UHGV virus genome: UHGV-0078433
DNA from: a virus
DNA: 37,911 nt
Direction: 5' to 3' (one strand)
A model generated the notes under the pieces. It worked only from the letters and a program-made list of their open reading frames with translations, made no database searches and was not told the origin of the DNA. A program made the position numbers and the translations under genes. Every line of letters begins with the position of its first letter. Position 1 is the first letter of the stretch. Of the stretch, positions 1 to 7,934 are shown in pieces.

Positions 1-49
1 GCGCTAATTTTTTGTCAACGCACTGGGTTAGTTGAATTTACAACCATGC

Positions 50-445
50 TCAGTATCTCGATAAACGCAGAGAAATGATGCAGTGGTGGGCGGATTGGCT
101 TGATGAAAAAGTGGCGTAATGCCACCCATCACCCACCCTGTCATCCTGTAGCGCGCTGTTGATGAAGAACGTCACGCGCCCCAGCACCTCAACTTCCTCC
201 TCCTCCTCCCCTTCGATCGCTTCACCATCATCAGTGATTAATGTCCTACCCATTACCCGGGCAAACTGCGTTCTGCCGCCAGATAAAATCAGCAGAACCT
301 GATTCTGTACCAGCCTGGTGCACGGCTCGATAACGGCAAAGCCGGATGAGGTTTCCAGGATGCGAGTGTCGACGCCAACACCGCAGATTCGCTCCGGAGT
401 TAACCGCTGCTCTACATAGTCGCCAGCCGGCGAAGGGAAGCCCAT
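50..445 (-). CDS. UmuD'-like S24-fold protein, begins at the UmuD autocleavage position, catalytic Ser/Lys not conserved
   Basis: N-terminus MGFPSPAGDYVEQR matches the UmuD segment just after the Cys24-Gly25 cleavage site; GGAGG-type RBS 8 nt upstream; positions aligning to SGDSM and TVKKL read SSGFAV and a Gly/Glu-rich stretch. Confidence 0.6.
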   Translation of the reverse strand: MGFPSPAGDYVEQRLTPERICGVGVDTRILETSSGFAVIEPCTRLVQNQVLLILSGGRTQFARVMGRTLITDDGEAIEGEEEEEVEVLGRVTFFINSALQDDRVGDGWHYATFSSSQSAHHCIISLRLSRY

Positions 446-693
446 TACAGAACCCTCCCCATGTTACGTAGCATCCAGAGACGGTTTTCACTGTGGTCAG
501 GCGTCTTGTCGACAAAGAACTCTTGATAGCGCTGGATCCACTCGTTGGCGTCGACCTGGCTGAAATGCCAGTTTCTCGTGCGCAACTCACGGATGAAGTC
601 GTTCGTATGAAGGCACTGATAACCCTTTGGGTTTTGCTGTACTGCAGCGACAAATGCGCTGTGAATGTCTGATTGGCGGGGTATGATCTGCAC
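445..693 (-). CDS. Hypothetical 82-aa protein, stop overlaps start of UmuD'-like gene (TAATG)
   Basis: Open frame of 82 codons; only possible start is GTG at 693 abutting AGGAG with zero spacer, in-frame TAA immediately upstream; no recognisable family. Confidence 0.45.
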   Translation of the reverse strand: MQIIPRQSDIHSAFVAAVQQNPKGYQCLHTNDFIRELRTRNWHFSQVDANEWIQRYQEFFVDKTPDHSENRLWMLRNMGRVL

Positions 694-700
694 TCCTTTT

Positions 701-720
701 TACTGTTTTTATATACAGTA
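701..720 (-). promoter_or_regulatory. LexA (SOS) box, TACTGTATATAAAAACAGTA as read on the - strand
   Basis: Perfect CTGT-N8-ACAG with AT-rich spacer; as I recall it, the same 20-mer as the E. coli umuDC operator; sits at the centre of a ~60-bp palindrome (684-743) upstream of the 82-aa/UmuD'-like unit. Confidence 0.75.
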
Positions 721-776
721 GTTTTAAAGGAGATGCAGATCAATGAGGCGATACCTATCAATAATCCCGGCTGGCG

Positions 777-2606
777 TTACACCTGACCAAGGTCCTCTAC
801 GCTTTCCTGATCATTCAGCAAGGTAATGGCAACAGCAATTGAGGAGAGGATAGTTTTGATTTCTATGGTGTTCATCCCTTCCTTTTCCCGGACGTACTCG
901 CATAATTTATCGACGTCAAATATCTCTCTGATGTTTGTATATTCGGCGGCTCTTTCAAGCAAGTGCACGATTTCTTCTCGCTGACCTTCGACAAATTGAG
1001 CCTGCCATGCTTGCACAGACCTTGGCGTGAATTTAACCCCGCTATCATAAGGAGCATCTGCGATATCAAGGCCAAATCTACCCTGCAATGATTTATCCCA
1101 TGTCGCATTCAAAAATGGCAGAGAAACTAATTCAGGAGCCAGCTTTGCCATGACGCTGTAGTGGAACAATTCTTTGTTCCTGGCCTCCGGACTGAGCTTG
1201 AATACCAAACGCGCAACTTTAGGAGAGAGAAGTGGCATCAGTTTAATTCTGCCTGTGACGTTCTGAGCAAGAGGGCCGTTCCAATTGGAAAGACGGTTTT
1301 CTACGAAGAACTTCTCAGGTAAAACATCAAACCTTACAGATTTAATATTCTCCTCAAGCCAGCCGTAGAACCAACCTATTTGAGCGTTTTTATACAAACT
1401 GGAGAGAATGTTTAATGGATCCATCTTCTGATGGTAGTTTATGAACTTAGAAAGAATTGCATCTTTATTGTCCATAAAGGACAGGTTTTTAAACTGCTTG
1501 GCGTGTCCGCCGGGTCCGCGATATAGCTCGCCGCCAAAGCCAGTCATATCGGACGTTATATTTTTGATGGTGCGTTCAGCTGTTGCTCCATCCCATGGGC
1601 AAATATAACTTTCCATTCTGTAGGAATGCCAGTTAAGTTTTTCCCATGAATTAGCAAAATCCTGAGCTTTAACTTGTGGAGCCTTAACGTTAGCGACGTG
1701 CTTAACGCCGATTTTGCTGGCTATGTTCTGAGCGCAACTTATCTCCGGGCTTCCTTCCGGTCCGTTCGTAAATGTGGTAATCCTGTCTTTGAATCCTGCA
1801 CCCAATGCCAGTGCAAGGACAAGACGAGAGTCCTTACCACCGGTCAGTGATAAGCGGAGTTCACCGGGAATGTTTTCACTCGCAGCCTTAAAGTTTTTCA
1901 CCAATTCATCTACGATCAAATCCCAGTCATCACCTGAAAGGTCATTTAGATATTCAGCATCCTCACTTGAAGGCCAGATCTGATTCTTAAATTTATTGAT
2001 ATTTACTGTTGTTGAACCGATTGGTGACTTTAAATAGCTACCTGCCGTGATTGTATTTACACCTTCAAATGGTGTTTCATTTCCAAATATATTGGCATGC
2101 CCAATCAACCAGCTCAATGAGGAAAGGTTATATTTACCATTGCCTCGTAATTCATGTAATGCAGATGCTCTGTTACTTACGCAGGTCACACCATCAATTA
2201 TTGTGTAATAAATAGGACAGGTGCCTGAGAAATCGCCGAAAGCAAGGAGGCCATTCTTGGAGGTTATTGAAACGAAGTTGTAAGACCCGGAAATATTGTC
2301 AAACATGTATTCCGCATCGTTTTTTGTGGAGGCATCAAGTGCGGCGTCAGACACGTCATAGCTATCCCCCATCCTTAAAACAGGGCCATTTATCAGGCAT
2401 ACGCCGCTTTGCTTAGATGTTATTCTTTTTGATATTTCGCCTTCCGCATTGCCACATGCTGTATATGCCCAAGCTCCGCTACCAGATATTTTATTAGCCA
2501 CCTCTACTGGCTTAAATGTTAAGTTCCTTTTTAGGGCCTGCTGCGCTGTCTCGTATAATTTCTTAACAGACTCGCTTTTTCCATTTAAAACAATAAAGTT
2601 TATCAT
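777..2606 (-). CDS. Asparagine synthetase (AsnB)-family PP-loop protein with GATase-like N-domain lacking the N-terminal Cys nucleophile
   Basis: 609-aa ORF; PP-loop LSLTGGKDS; AsnB-like motifs GDFSGTCPIYYT and AGSYL; residue 2 is Ile not Cys; visibly AT-rich versus neighbours. Confidence 0.8.
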   Translation of the reverse strand: MINFIVLNGKSESVKKLYETAQQALKRNLTFKPVEVANKISGSGAWAYTACGNAEGEISKRITSKQSGVCLINGPVLRMGDSYDVSDAALDASTKNDAEYMFDNISGSYNFVSITSKNGLLAFGDFSGTCPIYYTIIDGVTCVSNRASALHELRGNGKYNLSSLSWLIGHANIFGNETPFEGVNTITAGSYLKSPIGSTTVNINKFKNQIWPSSEDAEYLNDLSGDDWDLIVDELVKNFKAASENIPGELRLSLTGGKDSRLVLALALGAGFKDRITTFTNGPEGSPEISCAQNIASKIGVKHVANVKAPQVKAQDFANSWEKLNWHSYRMESYICPWDGATAERTIKNITSDMTGFGGELYRGPGGHAKQFKNLSFMDNKDAILSKFINYHQKMDPLNILSSLYKNAQIGWFYGWLEENIKSVRFDVLPEKFFVENRLSNWNGPLAQNVTGRIKLMPLLSPKVARLVFKLSPEARNKELFHYSVMAKLAPELVSLPFLNATWDKSLQGRFGLDIADAPYDSGVKFTPRSVQAWQAQFVEGQREEIVHLLERAAEYTNIREIFDVDKLCEYVREKEGMNTIEIKTILSSIAVAITLLNDQESVEDLGQV

Positions 2607-2871
2607 TTAATTCCCGCGCAAGATAATTGGCAATATTTAAAGTTGATAACTATTTGGTTAACAGAGTAAACAACCAAGATTGTGCAATACTTGCTAGGAC
2701 GGGTCAATGATTTGTGTGTGGTTTTGGGGTCTAACCACTAATTTTGATATCAGTAGTGAATTTTACAAATGCAGGATTGAGGGTGCTCTTGCGCCACCAA
2801 AAGATGCGAATATGACGTAGCGAAAGCACCCTCTCTGTTTGGGTAGGATTGACGATTAGTGCATCAGAAAG

Positions 2872-5358
2872 CTACTTTGCTTCGAGATTTCCCACTCGTT
2901 CAGCCAGAGCCTCAAACTGCGATAGCAGCCTTTGATGATTACGACGATGAAGGGCAGCCTCCATCACTAATGCCTCCTCATATCGAATGCCATAGCGTGA
3001 TCCCGCTTCAACCGCCGGAACTACTACATCGCCAGTCTCTTCATCAAGAACTTCTGGTGAGCTTTCCCACTTGTCATAACAGAAGAAAGCAAACTGGTGA
3101 GGATCAAGTCCATGACGGATAAACGCTTCTTGCGCACGCTGGGCAATAATGCCGACATGCCAACGGGCTCCATCATCTCCCTTTGCCTCTATACGGTCAA
3201 TGAACTGGAACTGCACGAAATCTACTTCCGCCCAGGCATCCAGAATATCATCTGCGTACGGCGCTTCCATTAACCGTGAATCTGTCGTTTGGACGGGTTC
3301 GAGAGAACCACGAGCCAGCATCACTGGACGCGATTTTTGCCTTTCATCGGAGGTGACAGTATACGCAGCCTGAGTGAATCCGCCCGCAAATGGACTTGAA
3401 CTGGTACCAACAGTTCTGGTGTTAGCGGCGCTGGGCTGGATATTGCCGTTTACGCTCATGTTGGTGTTGATATTTACGACAGCAGAAGCAAAGCGTGCAA
3501 CTTCAGTACCGGCCGACGCTTCAGTTGATGAGACGTAGAGGCCGACAGCATTTTTACTAAGGACTGCGGTTCGGGCAAATCCACTAGAATCGCGGATCTC
3601 TCCGAGCCCAACTTGATAATCGTCAGACTGCGGGCCGGTAACGTTAGTGATGCAATGGAATACGCCACCCATTTGGTTAAACGGATCTGTCACGGATTCA
3701 AGATGAAGGCCATCTATAATGATCTTCCCGGTATTGCTACCCCCTGACTCTATGCCTACAGGGCAATTCCTTAACGTCACGTTGGTTAGTTTTTGATATT
3801 TCCTGTTCAGGCGTAAGGCAACATTGGTGTCTCTACACACAATATTGGTTACAGAACACGCCTCTGCATCACCAAACTGCCGATCACTGGCTCCGGAGGC
3901 TGTTGTTGTCTGGTATCCGGTTATTGCGTTAGCGCACTGAATATTTGATCCGTTGCAATATCGCTCCTCAATCCACACTGAAGCCCCAATTCTTCCGCCA
4001 TCATATCCGAGACATGATATATTGCTGTAATTGACGAATGGGGATTTAATATGGAGCCCGATGATGTCTGAATCAGTGGATTTAAATCGGTTCTGAATGA
4101 CTGTGATGTTTGTAACATCACTCCATACACCGCCAGTTCCACGACTGACGGTATCGCCAATGATCCCCTGCTTGATACGGACGCCAGCGCCGGGCGCTCC
4201 GACGTTACCAAAGTCTGACACATAAACGTTCGATACCTTCGGCGCCAATGACATTACGTCAACGCCTGCCCAAGGGTGGGCTGGCTCGTCAAGTTGCCCG
4301 AAGTTGAAAACGAAGATGTTATTTAATTGAAACGCGCGACTGACAGACCCATTATCCTTAATGTCGATACCATCTGCGCCGGTGTTTTCAGACCAGAATC
4401 CGTCGATGCTGCAGCCCTTATACCCGCCATTCTGAAGACCCAAGGCATAATGAGAGCAGTTCTTTACCTTGAGGCCGCGAATTGTAAGCCCCTCGATTCC
4501 TGCTCCGACAATGCCTTCAGTTTGCCGGGCGTAAGGAGTACCATTCCATAAGTAATTCCCGTCGATACAAATATCTTGAAGGCCGACGCCCCTTACTTTT
4601 GTGGTGCCGTTTTCGAGCGGTGGCTTTGACCACTGTATTACCCCATATGCAGCATCTGTGTTGTAAGCTCTTATAGTAGTAGAGTTCCATCCCTGCCCAC
4701 GGAGAATAATGTTGTCAAATGGGATGCGCAAAGCAGCAACGTTTAACGTTGCGTTGGCAGAGCTAAATTCAGTCGGATCCTGATGCACCATGTATAAGGG
4801 CCGCGGGAATACAATCGTGCCCCCGCCGGCTGCACTGAGTTCCTGCGCCTTCTGCATTATCAGTCTTGCGTTCTGCAGGGCGACAACCTGGCTAACAACC
4901 CCAGGGATTACGCCAAATGAATCAGCGGTTATTTCAATGCCACCAATTAATGACGAGCCGGTACTGGAGCTTAATCTCTGGACAAAAGAAAACGGATCAA
5001 CCAGGGAGCAATTTTCAAAATAGTATTGCTGAGCCCCATAAGCATCGTAAACAGCCATGCTGTAATCACTTTCAGTGACTATGGTTACAACCTGGCCATT
5101 ATATACTGGGTAACCTGAGGAATTAATTTTAACTGGCTGGCTGATCTGCACCAGGGAGCCATTTTCATTCCTGAAATAAACCGCTACCCTATTGGCTGGA
5201 TTTGTTGGATCCGTGTCAGGAACACCAACATAAATATTACCGTTTGCGATAGCTTTAAAGCTTCTCGGCGTAATAAATGGGATGTACGGCATTGTTACTT
5301 GCTGGTTGGCAATGATATCTGGCATTTGCTGTTCTCCAGGTGCAGAAAAGCCGCACAA
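2872..5358 (-). CDS. Tailspike: P22 gp9-like head-binding N-domain, beta-helix depolymerase-like centre, C-terminal self-cleaving chaperone (S74-type) domain
   Basis: N-terminal ~110 aa resemble P22 tailspike N-terminus (recall); repetitive beta-helix-like middle; SDERQK motif followed by ~150-aa chaperone-like tail. Confidence 0.85.
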   Translation of the reverse strand: MCGFSAPGEQQMPDIIANQQVTMPYIPFITPRSFKAIANGNIYVGVPDTDPTNPANRVAVYFRNENGSLVQISQPVKINSSGYPVYNGQVVTIVTESDYSMAVYDAYGAQQYYFENCSLVDPFSFVQRLSSSTGSSLIGGIEITADSFGVIPGVVSQVVALQNARLIMQKAQELSAAGGGTIVFPRPLYMVHQDPTEFSSANATLNVAALRIPFDNIILRGQGWNSTTIRAYNTDAAYGVIQWSKPPLENGTTKVRGVGLQDICIDGNYLWNGTPYARQTEGIVGAGIEGLTIRGLKVKNCSHYALGLQNGGYKGCSIDGFWSENTGADGIDIKDNGSVSRAFQLNNIFVFNFGQLDEPAHPWAGVDVMSLAPKVSNVYVSDFGNVGAPGAGVRIKQGIIGDTVSRGTGGVWSDVTNITVIQNRFKSTDSDIIGLHIKSPFVNYSNISCLGYDGGRIGASVWIEERYCNGSNIQCANAITGYQTTTASGASDRQFGDAEACSVTNIVCRDTNVALRLNRKYQKLTNVTLRNCPVGIESGGSNTGKIIIDGLHLESVTDPFNQMGGVFHCITNVTGPQSDDYQVGLGEIRDSSGFARTAVLSKNAVGLYVSSTEASAGTEVARFASAVVNINTNMSVNGNIQPSAANTRTVGTSSSPFAGGFTQAAYTVTSDERQKSRPVMLARGSLEPVQTTDSRLMEAPYADDILDAWAEVDFVQFQFIDRIEAKGDDGARWHVGIIAQRAQEAFIRHGLDPHQFAFFCYDKWESSPEVLDEETGDVVVPAVEAGSRYGIRYEEALVMEAALHRRNHQRLLSQFEALAERVGNLEAK

Positions 5359-5437
5359 GCTAAAACTTGCGCAGCGTGGCTACGGTTAGTTTTTTGTGAT
5401 AAAACAACTTTTTCGGAAGTTATTTTGTTCGCTTTTC

Positions 5438-5460
5438 GACCTACACTTTTTGTGTAGGTC
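5438..5460. promoter_or_regulatory. Perfect palindrome GACCTACAC-TTTTT-GTGTAGGTC, candidate operator for the adjacent Mnt-like repressor
   Basis: 9-bp arms, 5-nt spacer, between tailspike start and mnt start; no U-tract on either strand so not an intrinsic terminator. Confidence 0.35.
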
Positions 5461-5583
5461 TCTCCTTCAAGCTCATTGCCTAAGCGTGGCTACGGTTGGT
5501 ATTTGTTGCATACCGAGACGGTACCATTGTTGATTTGTACAGTAGGTTTTACGATGCCATTCCACCCATTTGGTGAGGCATTG

Positions 5584-5847
5584 ATGATGTACAGCAAATA
5601 CGATGAGGCGCAGTTCCACTTGAGGCTTACGCACGAGTTGCACGCTAAGATTAAGCAGCGTGCGAAGATGAATAACAGGTCGCTGAACTCAGAGATAATT
5701 GCAGCGATTGAAGAATCATTGGATAAACAAAGCTCTGCATCAGTTTACATTGACGATGCAGAGCGTATGGCAGAACAACAATCTGATATGGTTAAGAAAA
5801 TTGTCTTTGATACGCTCAAGGAGCTATATAAAAAAGACTGCAACTAA
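5584..5847 (+). CDS. mnt: Mnt-like ribbon-helix-helix repressor (Arc/MetJ family)
   Basis: FHLRLTHELHAKIKQRAKMNNRSLNSEII and C-terminal DAERMAEQQSDMVKKIVFDTLKELYKK resemble P22 Mnt (recall); start set at internal MMYSKYDE rather than track start 5476. Confidence 0.75.
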   Translation: MMYSKYDEAQFHLRLTHELHAKIKQRAKMNNRSLNSEIIAAIEESLDKQSSASVYIDDAERMAEQQSDMVKKIVFDTLKELYKKDCN

Positions 5848-5936
5848 CCATCCATTACGGAGGATTTATGCAAAGAGATATGCTGAATATTGCATTCTAC
5901 ATATTTGGTTTTTGCACTTTCCTGGTGTTTGCAAAG

Positions 5937-7934
5937 CTATTCTGACAACGCATCAGACTTAGCGCCTTGGGTCAGCGCGTTAATTGCCTTTTGTGCCTGC
6001 TGCAAGGCTTTCTCAAACGCTGTTGATCCGCGTTGGGTGTTTGCCATTCGGAGCATTGCATTTCTGAATGGCTCGCTCTCATAGGCGCGAGCAAGAAGTC
6101 CGTAGCTTACTGCTGCGCCAGTTGTCGCCGGGTTCATTGCCGTCCCATACCCAATAATGAACGGGATAGTTTGCTGCCCTGTGGGTGTTGTTACTGCCGC
6201 TTTTGCAGCCTGCTGCGTGGATTGCAGGTAGTTTTTTAATCCTTTCAGATAAGCAGCGTCCTGCCCCTTAAATGTGATGCCAGTCTGGTTTTGCAGGATA
6301 TTAAGCTGCCGAAGGAACTGGTCAGGGGATCCACCTGATTTCTCCATCGCCTTTCCAATGATGCCATTGCGCATTTGCGCCCTGCCAACACGGCCAACTG
6401 AGTTGTACAGCGTCTTAATTTCCGATTTGTTCTTGCTGAATAGCATGTTGTTGACAACTTCCGGAGTAAGATCTCCTTTAATGAGAACATTCTTCAGCCG
6501 GGTATTCTTTAGTTTCGCCGCTTCGTCAGCGTAGACGGCATTGGCCTGCTGATATTTACGGAGAGTATCGTTGCCAAGATTCTGACCAATGGCACCATTG
6601 ATATCGTCGGTCATCGCCTTGTAAACGCGCTGAATGGCAGCATCGGAACGGTTTGGTAACACTGGTCGCTCACCCTTCACGTCCATTCTGAACTGGCTGC
6701 GCAGATCGCTTAATTGCTTCAAGTCCAGATTTACCGGACCATCAGGGCCAGCATTGCGAACAAGCTCATCACGATATGACTGAAGTTTTGAAATGGTCTC
6801 GTTATCAGCGACCTTACCAAGCTTCTGCAGATTAGATATCTCGGTATCAATCTGCTGAATTGCTCGCGCAGGATGAATGTTTACTCCAGCCATAGCATTC
6901 TGAACCTGCTCCAGTCGATTACCGGCGGCACGACGAATTCCTGATGTTTTCGCTTTAAGGCTGTCAATAACAACTGCTGGATCATACTCACCGAATTTAT
7001 CAGCAAATCTCTGCACCAACTGGCTTCTCGCTTCCTGTTGCGTTGCTCTCATTCCGCTTGTGCCAGCCAGGGGGATATTTTCCGCTGTCGTCTGCGCCAT
7101 TTTCCCGACGCGGGAAGTAGGCTGTAACAGGTCTGTGGTGTGCAGAGGAACTCCTTCACGCTCTGCAAATCTGATAGCCTGCTGCGCTTCTGGCGCAATA
7201 GCACCACGAACGCCACGATAAGCAGCACCTAATCCACGTCCGGCAGCGTTAATAGCACCGCCAGCCAGCACACCAACGCCTAAATCGGTGGCGAGGGCTT
7301 CCGCATCATCTTTCGCACTATTTGCAGCAAGTGATCCAACTGCGTTTTCAGCGAGAAGACGAGTTGCCCCCTGAGCAATTCGACCAGCAAGTGTTGGTGC
7401 CTGTGTTGCCGCTCTCTCAATGCCAGCAGGAGTGAGGTAAGGCAATGCCTCAGCAAATACCCTTCCCTCTGTAGTTTGTGGAGTCAGCGCGCCTTGCTGA
7501 AGGCCAAAGTCCTGCTCTAATCCCTGCGTTGTTACTCGTGGCGCTGGTTGATATGTACCATCACCAATACCGAGTTTACCGCCAGCCCATGCCGCCGCGC
7601 TTGTTACAGCATCGGCAACTGATGCAGGTATGTTTGCCACGTTCACGCCAGCCTGTACCAGTCCGCGACCAGTCTCTTTTACTGCTTCGCCAAGATCAGA
7701 CATAAATCCACTTTGCTGTGGTTGTTGCTGTGCTACTGGCTGTTGTGTCTCCACTGGCTGCACTGATGGCAATGGATAGGCAGCATAGAAAGCTTGCTTA
7801 GCCTGCTCTGCATTTTCTCCGGCTTGCGGGGCCACGACTTCATTGAAGTATTGCTCCTGAGCCTGCGCTTTTTGTTCTGGTGCTAACGCCTGATACTGTG
7901 GAGAGGCGATAACATCTTTCCATGCTTTAGCCAT
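5937..7934 (-). CDS. Ejection/injection protein, P22 gp16-like
   Basis: 665-aa Ala/Gln-rich protein at the gp16 position in P22 gene order 7-20-16. Confidence 0.75.
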   Translation of the reverse strand: MAKAWKDVIASPQYQALAPEQKAQAQEQYFNEVVAPQAGENAEQAKQAFYAAYPLPSVQPVETQQPVAQQQPQQSGFMSDLGEAVKETGRGLVQAGVNVANIPASVADAVTSAAAWAGGKLGIGDGTYQPAPRVTTQGLEQDFGLQQGALTPQTTEGRVFAEALPYLTPAGIERAATQAPTLAGRIAQGATRLLAENAVGSLAANSAKDDAEALATDLGVGVLAGGAINAAGRGLGAAYRGVRGAIAPEAQQAIRFAEREGVPLHTTDLLQPTSRVGKMAQTTAENIPLAGTSGMRATQQEARSQLVQRFADKFGEYDPAVVIDSLKAKTSGIRRAAGNRLEQVQNAMAGVNIHPARAIQQIDTEISNLQKLGKVADNETISKLQSYRDELVRNAGPDGPVNLDLKQLSDLRSQFRMDVKGERPVLPNRSDAAIQRVYKAMTDDINGAIGQNLGNDTLRKYQQANAVYADEAAKLKNTRLKNVLIKGDLTPEVVNNMLFSKNKSEIKTLYNSVGRVGRAQMRNGIIGKAMEKSGGSPDQFLRQLNILQNQTGITFKGQDAAYLKGLKNYLQSTQQAAKAAVTTPTGQQTIPFIIGYGTAMNPATTGAAVSYGLLARAYESEPFRNAMLRMANTQRGSTAFEKALQQAQKAINALTQGAKSDALSE

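Noticed and set aside
1-49. Looked for a lambda att core (GCTTTTTTATACTAA) and for a umuC start downstream of the UmuD'-like gene
   Set aside because: Neither is present; all frames close within 50 bp
445-693. DinI/ImpC-like identity for the 82-aa ORF (by analogy with impCAB and LexA-controlled dinI-antirepressor operons)
   Set aside because: No sequence resemblance to DinI that I can see; kept only as positional analogy
246-761. 171-aa ORF on the - strand spanning both small cargo genes in another frame
   Set aside because: Overlaps two better-supported genes and crosses the SOS box; the UmuD-like motif is in the other frame
872-1983. Short ORFs inside and antisense to the AsnB-like gene (872-1108, 1774-1983)
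   Set aside because: Embedded in a long ORF with clear family motifs; no independent support
50-2606. The three cargo genes as one RiPP or lasso-peptide-like cluster
   Set aside because: The SOS promoter lies between the AsnB-like gene and the small pair, so they are separate transcription units, and no protease or precursor-like genes are present
5476-5583. N-terminal 36-codon extension of the mnt ORF in the track
   Set aside because: Mnt homology begins at the internal Met; the extension would overlap the operator and promoter region
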